NCBI GenBank assembly: GCA_038045945.1
Contig: JBBSXC010000003.1
Span: 64,001-128,000, forward strand
From: Nanobdellota archaeon
GTDB lineage: Archaea > Nanobdellota > Nanobdellia > Pacearchaeales > GW2011-AR1
DNA length: 64,000 nt
Direction: 5' to 3'
The notes below the pieces were generated by a model. The model saw only the letters and a list, made by a program, of their open reading frames with translations, ran no database searches and was not told the origin of the DNA. The translations under genes were made by a program, and so were the position numbers. Numbering within the stretch: the stretch's first letter is position 1; every line of letters begins with the position of its first letter. Below, piece by piece: positions 39,456-48,691 of the stretch.

Positions 39456-40142
39456 ATGAAAGAGGACAAAACTGATAAGCGCTGGCTTTACGCAGGAATA
39501 ATATTCTTGTTATTATTCGTACTAACAACTACCAGTGTAACTAAAGGATTATTTTCGGAAATTGATAAATTAACAATAGAAAGAGTATCACTATACCACA
39601 CAAACTTTTTAACATCACTATTCATAATTTATCATTATGCATTCAAAACATCAACATTAGTAATAATAACACTGTTAATGTCAGCAACATTTTATTTACT
39701 TAAAAAGAAGAAAGAAGCAATAACTTTTGCTGGGATAATGATAATTGATGCATTAGCATTATACTTGACAAAAACATTCACTAATATAATAAGACCACTA
39801 GGAAGCATCGTTACAGAATCAACATTATCATTCCCTAGCGGTCACACTACAAGCGCAATAGTATTCATAGGATTATCAACCTACATGTCAATAAAGTACC
39901 TAAGAGGAGAATGGTCTAAAACAAGAATACCATTAGTCTTAGAAATGATAGCACTAAGCATATTCGTAGCTTACTCAAGATTATACCTAGGAATACACTG
40001 GTTTAGCGACATAATAGGAGGAACATTCCTAGGACTCACAATACTATCAATAGGAATATTTATACTAGAAGAAGAAAACATAGGAAAAAAGTTATCACAA
40101 AAAACAAATACGCTTAGAAAGAAAATAATAAGCCATCAATAA
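39456..40142 (+). CDS. PAP2-family membrane phosphatase
   Basis: KxxxxxxRP, SFPSGH, SRLYLGIHWFSD. Confidence 0.92.
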   Translation: MKEDKTDKRWLYAGIIFLLLFVLTTTSVTKGLFSEIDKLTIERVSLYHTNFLTSLFIIYHYAFKTSTLVIITLLMSATFYLLKKKKEAITFAGIMIIDALALYLTKTFTNIIRPLGSIVTESTLSFPSGHTTSAIVFIGLSTYMSIKYLRGEWSKTRIPLVLEMIALSIFVAYSRLYLGIHWFSDIIGGTFLGLTILSIGIFILEEENIGKKLSQKTNTLRKKIISHQ

Positions 40143-40499
40143 CCTTAAGGGGAAACTAGTATTTTTCTTAAAAATCATTTCTCTAGGAAAAAAATATGAA
40201 GCTTTTTGCCCATCAATAAGCTTATGAGAAGGATGATTACGACCAATATTCACCCTAAAAACATAAAACCTTTTAAAAAATAAAGAAAAACAAAAAAATA
40301 GGTTAGGAGTTGATGAAAGCTTAAGCTTATACTCCTCTAAAAGTTCCCTCTTCAAAGCAATAAGAGGTTTCTCTCCTTTTCTTAAATGACCGCCAAAAAG
40401 ACCCCACTTAGAAGGAAAAGTATCATCATCCTTAGAACGAAGCTGAAAAAGACACTTATGGTCACTCCTTTCTATAATAACACCAGCATAATCAGACAT
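40095..40499 (-). CDS. NUDIX hydrolase
   Basis: WGLFGGHLRKGEKPLIALKRELLEE Nudix box. Confidence 0.85.
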   Translation of the reverse strand: MSDYAGVIIERSDHKCLFQLRSKDDDTFPSKWGLFGGHLRKGEKPLIALKRELLEEYKLKLSSTPNLFFCFSLFFKRFYVFRVNIGRNHPSHKLIDGQKASYFFPREMIFKKNTSFPLRLLMAYYFLSKRICFL

Positions 40500-40560
40500 A
40501 GAAATAAAACATTAATATTAGTATAATAAACCTTTTATACCAAATTTTTGTTAATAATGA

Positions 40561-40962
40561 ATGAAAACAGAATGGACACATGGAGGAAGAAGGGAAGTAA
40601 GTAATAAACCAAAAAAAGGGTATGATACCCCACAGTCTCTAGAAGGATGGGACTATGTTCTAGCCAGAGACGGAGAAACAGTACTATGCGCTTATAACCC
40701 CCAAATGCAAGAATTAAGAGTTAATAATGACACAGACAACGATTTAGGAGAAATAATTGCGGACTTAGATGAAAGACCAGGATGCGCAGACTTTTTAGTA
40801 TCATTATTAAGTTTAAGAAGACCAGAACCAACTTTTGAAAGAGAATTCGGAGTAACAATCGATGAAAGACTATACTCTAGAGACGGAAGACTAGTAAAAG
40901 CAGGAGTACTAAAACCAGAACAAAAACAATTAGTAAGAAGTGGAGGAATAACAACTGATTAA
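40561..40962 (+). CDS. hypothetical protein
   Basis: 133-aa ORF with upstream TATA-like TTTTATA. Confidence 0.6.
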   Translation: MKTEWTHGGRREVSNKPKKGYDTPQSLEGWDYVLARDGETVLCAYNPQMQELRVNNDTDNDLGEIIADLDERPGCADFLVSLLSLRRPEPTFEREFGVTIDERLYSRDGRLVKAGVLKPEQKQLVRSGGITTD

Positions 40963-40964
40963 CA

Positions 40965-41441
40965 ATGAAGATAATAAGTCCAGCATTCACACATGGAGAA
41001 GAAATGCCAACAAAGTACACAGTAGAAGGAGAAAACATTTCACCACCACTAATAATAAGCGAAGTACCGCAAGGAGCAGCATCATTACTACTAATAGTTT
41101 ATGACCCTGATATACCAAAATACGTAAAAGAAAGGTTTAGCATAAAAGAATGGACTCATTGGGTATTATTCAATATTGACCCAAAAACTATGGAAATACC
41201 CGAAGGTATAGAACCACACTCACATCTTGCTAATCAAGGAATGAACACTAACGGAAAAGCAGGATGGGGAGGACCAAACCCGCCAGACGGAAGACACAGA
41301 TACGCATTTAGACTATACGCACTAAACAAAAAAATATTGATGAATGACGGAGCAACAAGAGAAGGAATAGAAAAAGCAATGGCCAGCAGCGTAATAGCAC
41401 AAACAGAAATGATGGGAACTTATGAAAAACGCAATAAGTAA
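40965..41441 (+). CDS. YbhB/YbcL (PEBP/RKIP) family protein
   Basis: GENISPPL, DPD, WTHWVLFNI, GPNPPDGRHRY.F.LYAL. Confidence 0.92.
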   Translation: MKIISPAFTHGEEMPTKYTVEGENISPPLIISEVPQGAASLLLIVYDPDIPKYVKERFSIKEWTHWVLFNIDPKTMEIPEGIEPHSHLANQGMNTNGKAGWGGPNPPDGRHRYAFRLYALNKKILMNDGATREGIEKAMASSVIAQTEMMGTYEKRNK

Positions 41442-41526
41442 GACGTTTTTCAACTATAAAAATTCAAAGACAAGAATTTTTACACTAAGACAAGAAAAAC
41501 AAATAAAGTTATTAAATTCTTAAAAA

Positions 41527-42012
41527 TTACTTAACTTTTACACCGTCAATTGTAACGCCACCAATAATAGCGCCGTTTGATGGAACAGGCTCACAATGAT
41601 TCTTTACAGGTTGAGTTATAAGCATTAATATGATAGCTCTCCTTCTTTGCTCTTCCATTTCTTCAGCAGTTAAAACACGAGGCTCATAATTAGAAACTGG
41701 AGCGTTAAGAGCACCGCCGATTTTTATTCCACCAATTTGAGCATGTGATGAACCATCAAGATAAAGAGAACCCCTAATGTTTTCGTCATAGGTATTAACT
41801 GGTCTACCACCATTAGAGAAAATAGAACCAGGAACGTAGTCTTTACCAAGAACCACTTTACCAGAATAATTATTTAGGCCACTAACAACAGGTCTTTGGC
41901 TAACAGGAGAATCTTTTTTAACATAATCAGAATTAGCACTTACGCAAGAAGCTAACAATAAAGGTGCAACTAAAATTTTACTAACTAAACCAAAATTTGT
42001 ATCCCTAACCAT
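41527..42012 (-). CDS. hypothetical lipoprotein-like protein
   Basis: 'KILVAPLLLASC' lipobox-like signal. Confidence 0.55.
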   Translation of the reverse strand: MVRDTNFGLVSKILVAPLLLASCVSANSDYVKKDSPVSQRPVVSGLNNYSGKVVLGKDYVPGSIFSNGGRPVNTYDENIRGSLYLDGSSHAQIGGIKIGGALNAPVSNYEPRVLTAEEMEEQRRRAIILMLITQPVKNHCEPVPSNGAIIGGVTIDGVKVK

Positions 42013-42107
42013 AAAAAAAGGCACATTTTATCATACTTAAACCTTTCTAATTATAAAACAACAAATCTACTATCAAGCTTTAAAAACATGAATAAACTAA
42101 AAAAATC

Positions 42108-42857
42108 ATGGGGCTGATAAAACTATCATCAATTCTAATAATAACTTTAGTAATGGTTTCTTTAATAATAAGCCTAAACATATCATTAGGGGTTAAACAG
42201 TTATTATACCCACAACTATACGAAAAAGCAATAGAAAAAATAAACATAAACAAACTATTAGGAGAAGGCGGAACAAACATCACTTATAACGTAAGCGGAC
42301 TCTTAACACAAATAATAGAAAAATCATTAAGTTACGTAAGAGGAGAGTCAGAAAGAGAAAACTTATACTTAGAAATAGAAAAAAATATTACTCCAGAAGG
42401 AAGACTACAACAAAAAATTAATGTTTTAGACTTATTCGACAAAGAAGGAACATTAACAAACGCGAAAACTTACGTAAACTATTACAATAAAGGGATATTA
42501 TTAATAGAAGGACTAATATTATTCTTAACAATAATAATCTTACTTATTAACGGAAAAAACTTTAATTCATCAATAAGGTGGGTAGGAATAGCGCTAATTA
42601 TTGCCGGGATAATAGTAATAATTATTTCAAGCATAATAGGAAACCTCTTATACACACAAATATCTACGAGTTTCCCGATAATTCAGCCAGGAATAACACA
42701 ATTAATAACTCCAATATTCCACGCAATAAAAATTAACGGAATAATAACACTAATAATAGGATTCTTAATGCTGATAACACCAATATTTTTACCTAACAAA
42801 AAAGAGAAAGAAGAACCAGAAGAGAAAAAAAGTGTTAAGGTAACAAAAACTAAATAA
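42108..42857 (+). CDS. multi-pass membrane protein
   Basis: N-terminal TM plus 3 C-terminal TM segments. Confidence 0.7.
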   Translation: MGLIKLSSILIITLVMVSLIISLNISLGVKQLLYPQLYEKAIEKININKLLGEGGTNITYNVSGLLTQIIEKSLSYVRGESERENLYLEIEKNITPEGRLQQKINVLDLFDKEGTLTNAKTYVNYYNKGILLIEGLILFLTIIILLINGKNFNSSIRWVGIALIIAGIIVIIISSIIGNLLYTQISTSFPIIQPGITQLITPIFHAIKINGIITLIIGFLMLITPIFLPNKKEKEEPEEKKSVKVTKTK

Positions 42858-43188
42858 CTAACTTATTAGTTATCCTGCGATTAACTTCCTTATCCAAAGT
42901 ACCTATAAAGAATCCTTCCTGCGACTTGGCAATTAATGACTCATTTGTAGGACCATGACCCATATCAACCCTCTTAAACCTTTTATGGTCACCGAATAAT
43001 TCTAAAGCTTTTTTAGCTAAATCATTATCTCCAACACCAGACTTAACACTGTTAGCAATATCTTTTAATTCATTAAGAATAATCTTAGAAACCCTTATTT
43101 TGTAACCTTTAGACTCTATACTAGTAATGAATGAGTCACCATTTTTCATATGATTCATGATGAATCCAGTATCAATTATTGCTTGCAT
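42850..43188 (-). CDS. PIN-domain protein (Fcf1/Utp23-like)
   Basis: AIIDTGFI, ILNELKDI, IGTLDKEV. Confidence 0.7.
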   Translation of the reverse strand: MQAIIDTGFIMNHMKNGDSFITSIESKGYKIRVSKIILNELKDIANSVKSGVGDNDLAKKALELFGDHKRFKRVDMGHGPTNESLIAKSQEGFFIGTLDKEVNRRITNKLVI

Positions 43189-43222
43189 AAAACTATTAAA
43201 GCTTAACAGGTTTATAATACTA

Positions 43223-43732
43223 ATGGTTAAAGAAAAAAAGGTGTTGAGAAAGATACTAAAAGTACCATACGATAAACAAAAAACTGATTATACTTGCGGG
43301 CCAGCAAGCCTAAAAATGATTTTAGAATTTTTCGGAATAAAAAAACCAGAAATAATATTAGCACACCAAGCACACACAAAGAAAAAAACAGGAACAACTC
43401 ATGAGCAAATGATTAACCTAGTAAGAAGAGAAGGATTATACTGCTATGTACATAACCAGTCAAACATTAACACAATAAAACACTTCATAACTGCAGGATT
43501 ACCAGTAATAATAAGCTTCAAAAATCCCGAGGATAAAGAAGGACATTACGCTGTTGCAATAGGTTACAATAAAGGAATAATAATCTTAAATGATCCTTGG
43601 AACGGAAAAAACTTCAAAATAGATGACAAAGTACTAAAAAAATTTTGGGTTAGCGAAAACAAAGGAAAAAAGAGCATAATAGTAATATCAAAAAAACCAA
43701 TAATCAGAGGAAAACAGTACAACCCATTATAA
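43223..43732 (+). CDS. peptidase C39-like protein
   Basis: Q..DYTCGPASL, GHYAVAIG, LNDPW catalytic motifs. Confidence 0.88.
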   Translation: MVKEKKVLRKILKVPYDKQKTDYTCGPASLKMILEFFGIKKPEIILAHQAHTKKKTGTTHEQMINLVRREGLYCYVHNQSNINTIKHFITAGLPVIISFKNPEDKEGHYAVAIGYNKGIIILNDPWNGKNFKIDDKVLKKFWVSENKGKKSIIVISKKPIIRGKQYNPL

Positions 43733-43745
43733 TAACAGATAATAA

Positions 43746-44051
43746 TTAACCGGTTCTAGAATTATTATAACTATCAGCTATTCTTTCAAGTATAATCCTA
43801 AAGTTTCTTCTGTCATACCAATCAAGAAGAAATTCTTCACCCTTACGCTTAACATAATCATGAACATTACGACGATCAGTACCAAGCTCTTTAGCAATAC
43901 GAGAAGAGCTATAACCAAGACTTATCATTTCATCTTTACGAGTATTATCAATGTGACCATACCACGGAAGATTCCTAAAATTTCTTACAGTACGTAAATC
44001 AACCTTCCCATCAACACGAATCCTGTAAGCCTTTGCACCAAAACTTACCAT
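43746..44051 (-). CDS. small HTH protein
   Basis: GYSSSRIAKELGTDRRNVHDYV. Confidence 0.6.
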   Translation of the reverse strand: MVSFGAKAYRIRVDGKVDLRTVRNFRNLPWYGHIDNTRKDEMISLGYSSSRIAKELGTDRRNVHDYVKRKGEEFLLDWYDRRNFRIILERIADSYNNSRTG

Positions 44052-44145
44052 AAAAAAGATGATTATTAAAACTTATTAAACTTTTTGATAATAGAAAAAG
44101 TACAATACATTAAAGCTTTTATAGGCCTAGTAATTAACAAAAAAG

Positions 44146-45228
44146 ATGTCAGGTCACACACCAAAAAAAGTAAGAATATATGTTGATGCAATTGGAGGAG
44201 ACACAATAACTGGGAAGGACGGAAAAGAACAAAAAATTGAAGAAAGAGTAGTTAGGGCATCATTGGAATTCTTAGATGAACACAAAGAGGCAAGAATCAT
44301 CCTAGGAGGAGACAGAAAACTTCTTGAAGGAATGGTTGATGGAAGCGACAGAATAGAAGTCGTTGATGGTAGAGCAACACCCTATGGGATTAGTGCCATA
44401 CGTCGAGAAAGAAAGGGCACAGCACTCTATAAAGGTCTTGAAATGTTAGAAGCAGGCGATTGTGACGGATTATACACATCAGGAAACACTCAAGCAGTAG
44501 CGGTTTATGTTGCTACAACAATTGGAAGGTTTAAAGGGATTAAATCAATGCCCCTAGTAGCAAGACTACCGAAAAAAGGAGAAAAACCAGTATACCTCTT
44601 GGATGTTGGCGGAGGAACAGATAATCTGGATGTTAACGGATTTAGAGACTTAGCATTATTAGCACATGCTTATTGTAAGGCTGTGGCAAAAGTAGACAAT
44701 CCAAGATTAGGCTTATTATCAATAGGTAAAGAACCTGAAAAAGGCGGACCAACAATAACAGAAGTAGATAAGAAGTTAAGAGAAACCAGATGTATAAACT
44801 ATAGCGGTTTAGTAGAACCTAAAGACTGGATGATGAAAGAATATGAAGCTGTAATATCCAACGGGTTTGTTGGCAACATCGGGATAAAAACAATCGGAGG
44901 AACGGTTATTCTTGCAAAGAGCGAAATAAAAGAAGCATTAAACAAATATCCAGTTAGAAAATTTTTAGCAAAAGCAATATTAGCGCCAGCGGCAGCAATG
45001 ATCTTAGGGCCAGTGTTTTATCCTCTAAAAGAAAAATATAACCCATCAAGAGCTAATGGTGCAGCATTATTAGTGCCCGGAGTCTTCATTAAGGGTCATG
45101 GGGAATCAGACGTTGAAGGAATACGCCGAGGACTTGGAGCAGTATCAGAACACGTAAATAAAGAAGTACCAAGAAGAATGAAAGAAGAACTAAAAATGGT
45201 AAGAGAACAATTAACAATAACAGAATAA
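44146..45228 (+). CDS. plsX: phosphate acyltransferase PlsX homolog
   Basis: YVDAIGGD, SGNTQA, LLDVG, PRLGLLSIGKEPEKG, GLVE, NGFVGNIGIKT, NGAALL, IKGHGES. Confidence 0.88.
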   Translation: MSGHTPKKVRIYVDAIGGDTITGKDGKEQKIEERVVRASLEFLDEHKEARIILGGDRKLLEGMVDGSDRIEVVDGRATPYGISAIRRERKGTALYKGLEMLEAGDCDGLYTSGNTQAVAVYVATTIGRFKGIKSMPLVARLPKKGEKPVYLLDVGGGTDNLDVNGFRDLALLAHAYCKAVAKVDNPRLGLLSIGKEPEKGGPTITEVDKKLRETRCINYSGLVEPKDWMMKEYEAVISNGFVGNIGIKTIGGTVILAKSEIKEALNKYPVRKFLAKAILAPAAAMILGPVFYPLKEKYNPSRANGAALLVPGVFIKGHGESDVEGIRRGLGAVSEHVNKEVPRRMKEELKMVREQLTITE

Positions 45229-45229
45229 A

Positions 45230-46441
45230 CTATTTTTTTGGGTAAAAATTAACATAAACGTAATCATCAGTTAACAGATTAGCTAATTCTTGCGGAGTTC
45301 TAATAGGGGCAGTTTTAAGATCTATATCAGTTCTTTGAATAATATTACCCCATGTTTTGGCCATAACGCTCAAATACTTACCCACCTCATCAGCGTTAAG
45401 ACCCTTTAAAGCTCTATAACCCTTATCAGTAACACCATATTCACAAACACCCCTAGTAGAAACAACCCTGAAAGATAATTTACCCTCAGGATACTTCCTT
45501 TTAAACCTAAGAGAACGACCGACTATAATTCTTAAGTCACTGACTGATGAAACAGAAAAAACATAATTATCCCTATCTTTAACATGAAGATCAGCCTTCT
45601 TCTTAACATCCCCTAATTCTTCAGCAGTTAACTGGGGATGACCAGAATCTTTTCTGTTATTAACAACTTGTTCAACGATTTGTTCAGCACTAATATTAAG
45701 AGAGAAGTGATGATGATACTGAACAGCTTCTAAACCACTAGAAGCGGCCTTACTTATTAAGAAACCTTCTTCCATAAAAACATTAGACCATCTAATAACA
45801 CGATTATCATACTTTTCCCCATTAACAAGAGTTTCTAACCCATCCCTCAATTCTTTCTTAGGCACATTAATTTTTTCTTTATGAAAAACAAACCTATTAT
45901 CTTCACGAACACCATTCTCATAGGTTTTACCGACTTTAGGAAAATGAACCCAAGCTTCCTCAAAATTAGAGGTTTCACAAAGATCCATCATTTGTTTCTC
46001 TATATCATTTTGAGAACCAGTAAAGACTTCTCTATAAGAATTATCAGTATTAACTGACAATTTATCAACTTCTACTAAAACTCTAGGGTCAACATATACT
46101 GGAGTTATAAGAATAGTATACTTTCCTAGACCTTCATCAACCATATCAACATCATACTTCCCAACACCATATTCTTCATCAATAGATTTCCTTAAATCAG
46201 AAAGTTTTGATTCTGGATCAACATTACTAACAAACCTTTTAGGCAAAAAATCATTAATAGGAAGAACCTCTTTTTGAACAACCCCAGAATTATCCAAACC
46301 CACACCTAAAGAATTATCATAAGCCTTACTAAGACTACGCGGAGGACTAGGCTTAGGAATATCAGGAGACTGGCAAGAAGCAGAAGCTAAAAGAAAAGGA
46401 ATAATTGACAACTTACCCACTAAACCTTTACTAAAAACCAT
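45230..46441 (-). CDS. lipoprotein-like protein with possible JAB/MPN-like domain
   Basis: LLASASC lipobox-like signal; EEAW...YHHH...SVSD...FRVVSTRGVCEY. Confidence 0.55.
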   Translation of the reverse strand: MVFSKGLVGKLSIIPFLLASASCQSPDIPKPSPPRSLSKAYDNSLGVGLDNSGVVQKEVLPINDFLPKRFVSNVDPESKLSDLRKSIDEEYGVGKYDVDMVDEGLGKYTILITPVYVDPRVLVEVDKLSVNTDNSYREVFTGSQNDIEKQMMDLCETSNFEEAWVHFPKVGKTYENGVREDNRFVFHKEKINVPKKELRDGLETLVNGEKYDNRVIRWSNVFMEEGFLISKAASSGLEAVQYHHHFSLNISAEQIVEQVVNNRKDSGHPQLTAEELGDVKKKADLHVKDRDNYVFSVSSVSDLRIIVGRSLRFKRKYPEGKLSFRVVSTRGVCEYGVTDKGYRALKGLNADEVGKYLSVMAKTWGNIIQRTDIDLKTAPIRTPQELANLLTDDYVYVNFYPKK

Positions 46442-46471
46442 GAGAAAGCCTTAGAAAAAGGGGTATATAAA

Positions 46472-46741
46472 CTAACTTCTTCTTCCTGGCTCTTCCTTAA
46501 CTATATACTCTTTGAGGGTTATTTTTCTACCATAAACTTCCTTACCATTCATCTGCGATATTGCCTTATCAGCTGCTTCTTTAGAAGAAAAAGTAACAAA
46601 ACCAAACTCTTTAGGCCTATGAGTTTTCTCATTCATAACTAGACTAGCAGTTACTGGTTTTAATGAAGAAAATAGTTGTTTAAACTCCTTATCAGTATAA
46701 CTAAGGGGTAAATTACCAACAAAAACTTTAACATTAACCAT
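46472..46741 (-). CDS. RRM RNA-binding protein
   Basis: RNP2 VFVGNL; RNP1 KEFGFVTF. Confidence 0.92.
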   Translation of the reverse strand: MVNVKVFVGNLPLSYTDKEFKQLFSSLKPVTASLVMNEKTHRPKEFGFVTFSSKEAADKAISQMNGKEVYGRKITLKEYIVKEEPGRRS

Positions 46742-46897
46742 TAAGAATAAACAACCATCAAGAATATTTAAGCTTATCAGAACACACCAAACCCCTTTTT
46801 TTCTCCAACCTCAAAACACTCAAAAAAAATAATGAGTAAAACAAAAATTTTTTGTGCGAATAAGCTACGAATTAAAGATAGAAACTAAAAATAAATT

Positions 46898-47248
46898 TTA
46901 GTATCTTTCTCTTCTTCCGCCGCCGAATCCGCCACCACGATTACCGCCGCCGAAAGACGATCTTCTAGGACCATCAAAAGATCTTCTTGGTGGTCTATTA
47001 TCAGGGTCCATTGGCTTAGCCTCATTAACCTTGATTTCACGTCCTTCAACTTGCTTACCGTTCATTTCAGTAATAGCTTTCTGGGCTGCTTCGTCGCTTG
47101 TTAAAGTAACGAATCCGAATCCCTTAGATCTACCGCTGAATTTGTCCATGATAACCATAGCTTCTGATACTTCACCATAACTGGCGAACATTTCAGCTAG
47201 CTCTTTGTTACCGACATTGTAAGGCAAATTACCTACATATAACTTCAT
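46898..47248 (-). CDS. RRM RNA-binding protein with RG-rich tail
   Basis: RNP2 LYVGNL; RNP1 KGFGFVT; Gly/Arg tail; GGAG site upstream of ATG 47248. Confidence 0.95.
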   Translation of the reverse strand: MKLYVGNLPYNVGNKELAEMFASYGEVSEAMVIMDKFSGRSKGFGFVTLTSDEAAQKAITEMNGKQVEGREIKVNEAKPMDPDNRPPRRSFDGPRRSSFGGGNRGGGFGGGRRERY

Positions 47249-47470
47249 GTTTTTTTTACTCCTATGATTTAATTCCGCACTCATCAACAGAATCAGCTAA
47301 CTTGTTATAATCGCAAAATGCGAACATAAATCAAACTCATCGCTTACCTGCTTACCTAGCACTAATAATATGACCAGAATAAGACTATTTAAAACTATGC
47401 AGTAAGGAAAGATTAGTGCACATAAGCAATTAAAAGGCTAAAAATCAAGTATTATAAACTAATAAAGAAA

Positions 47471-47872
47471 ATGGTATCAACAATAACCCAAGAAGAATCA
47501 GAAACATACTATTCTTTAACAAAAGTCTTAGAGATACTTGATGAATCAGGAGTTAACAACGCTTTCCAACCGTTCATTAACGCATACTTAAACAAAAAAC
47601 TAGTAAAGAAAAAGCAAAAAGTTAAGAAAAGACAATTCATTAAACCAGACTGGATTGAGGGAAGCACAAAAAAAGAAGTGGAAACAAGAAACACAAAAAT
47701 TTTATGCTTCTCCAAAAAAGACTTAGAACACGTAATCAAAGGAATAATAGGACGAGGAGTAGCACCAGAAATAAGAAAGTTTGACAGAGCAATATACACA
47801 GGAGTTTGCGAAGAGATCCCAACAAGGTTCAGAAGTTATGATGATGACTCAAAACCCGGAATTTATGACTAA
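47471..47872 (+). CDS. hypothetical protein
   Basis: 133-aa basic ORF. Confidence 0.6.
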   Translation: MVSTITQEESETYYSLTKVLEILDESGVNNAFQPFINAYLNKKLVKKKQKVKKRQFIKPDWIEGSTKKEVETRNTKILCFSKKDLEHVIKGIIGRGVAPEIRKFDRAIYTGVCEEIPTRFRSYDDDSKPGIYD

Positions 47873-47884
47873 ATAACAAAATTC

Positions 47885-48157
47885 TTAAGAAAACATGTCA
47901 ATAACTTTCTTGTAAAGAGGTACATACACTTCGGCGTACATCCCCACTCTCGTAAGACATGCGCAAGCAGCAGCAATACCAACTGTTGAGGCTTTGGATT
48001 CACTAAATATTGGAGCATCACTGCTTTTTAGGATATCATAAAAAGACTTAGTTAAAAAAACTTCACCAACAACAGGAATAGGAGAAACACCAAGAGCCAA
48101 GCTAATACACATCCGCTTTCTTTCACGATCAGATAAACCAATTGGTCTTTTATTCAT
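47885..48157 (-). CDS. small hypothetical protein
   Basis: 'GVSPIPVVGE' motif; start chosen from TATA spacing. Confidence 0.5.
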   Translation of the reverse strand: MNKRPIGLSDRERKRMCISLALGVSPIPVVGEVFLTKSFYDILKSSDAPIFSESKASTVGIAAACACLTRVGMYAEVYVPLYKKVIDMFS

Positions 48158-48257
48158 AGAAAACATAAAAATAAGACATATATAAACATTACTATTATTG
48201 TTATTAAAAAGTGGTGACAAAAGGAAGGTTTATAAATTGCTTGTCTATTGAGAACTC

Positions 48258-48689
48258 ATGGAAGATGAAGGAACAAATCAAAGACTTGAAATAACACTTA
48301 GTGGAGATACTCAAAAATTGACAATTGGATACTTAATGGAATTCTTCATGACAATTGATAAAAGATATAGAGAATTAGGGGGAAGAGGTCTTAGGATTGA
48401 AGATTTCGTTTCTGGTTTTGAAGTGGAAGTGGCAGAATCACCTTATGAACAACAACTTGGAACACAATTTGCTAATACAAAAAAAGCTATAAGAGAAGAA
48501 CCTTATACAGATTATGAAAAGAGGAAAAGAGCCCATAAAGTTATTGATAAGTATTTCAAAAGAGAAGAAAGAGAGGCAATCAAAGATGATTTAGAAAAAA
48601 GATTCCCTAAAAAAGAATTTGGAGATGAAATACCAATAATTCCCACTGTGATCTATTTATCCAATATAACACCAAAAAAAAGGAAATAA
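48258..48689 (+). CDS. hypothetical protein
   Basis: 143-aa ORF; TTTATAAA about 22 nt upstream. Confidence 0.6.
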   Translation: MEDEGTNQRLEITLSGDTQKLTIGYLMEFFMTIDKRYRELGGRGLRIEDFVSGFEVEVAESPYEQQLGTQFANTKKAIREEPYTDYEKRKRAHKVIDKYFKREEREAIKDDLEKRFPKKEFGDEIPIIPTVIYLSNITPKKRK

Positions 48690-48691
48690 GT

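Noticed and set aside
42647-42655. Perfect DnaA box TTATACACA
   Set aside because: Single copy inside a membrane-protein CDS; expected by chance in A/C-rich sequence.
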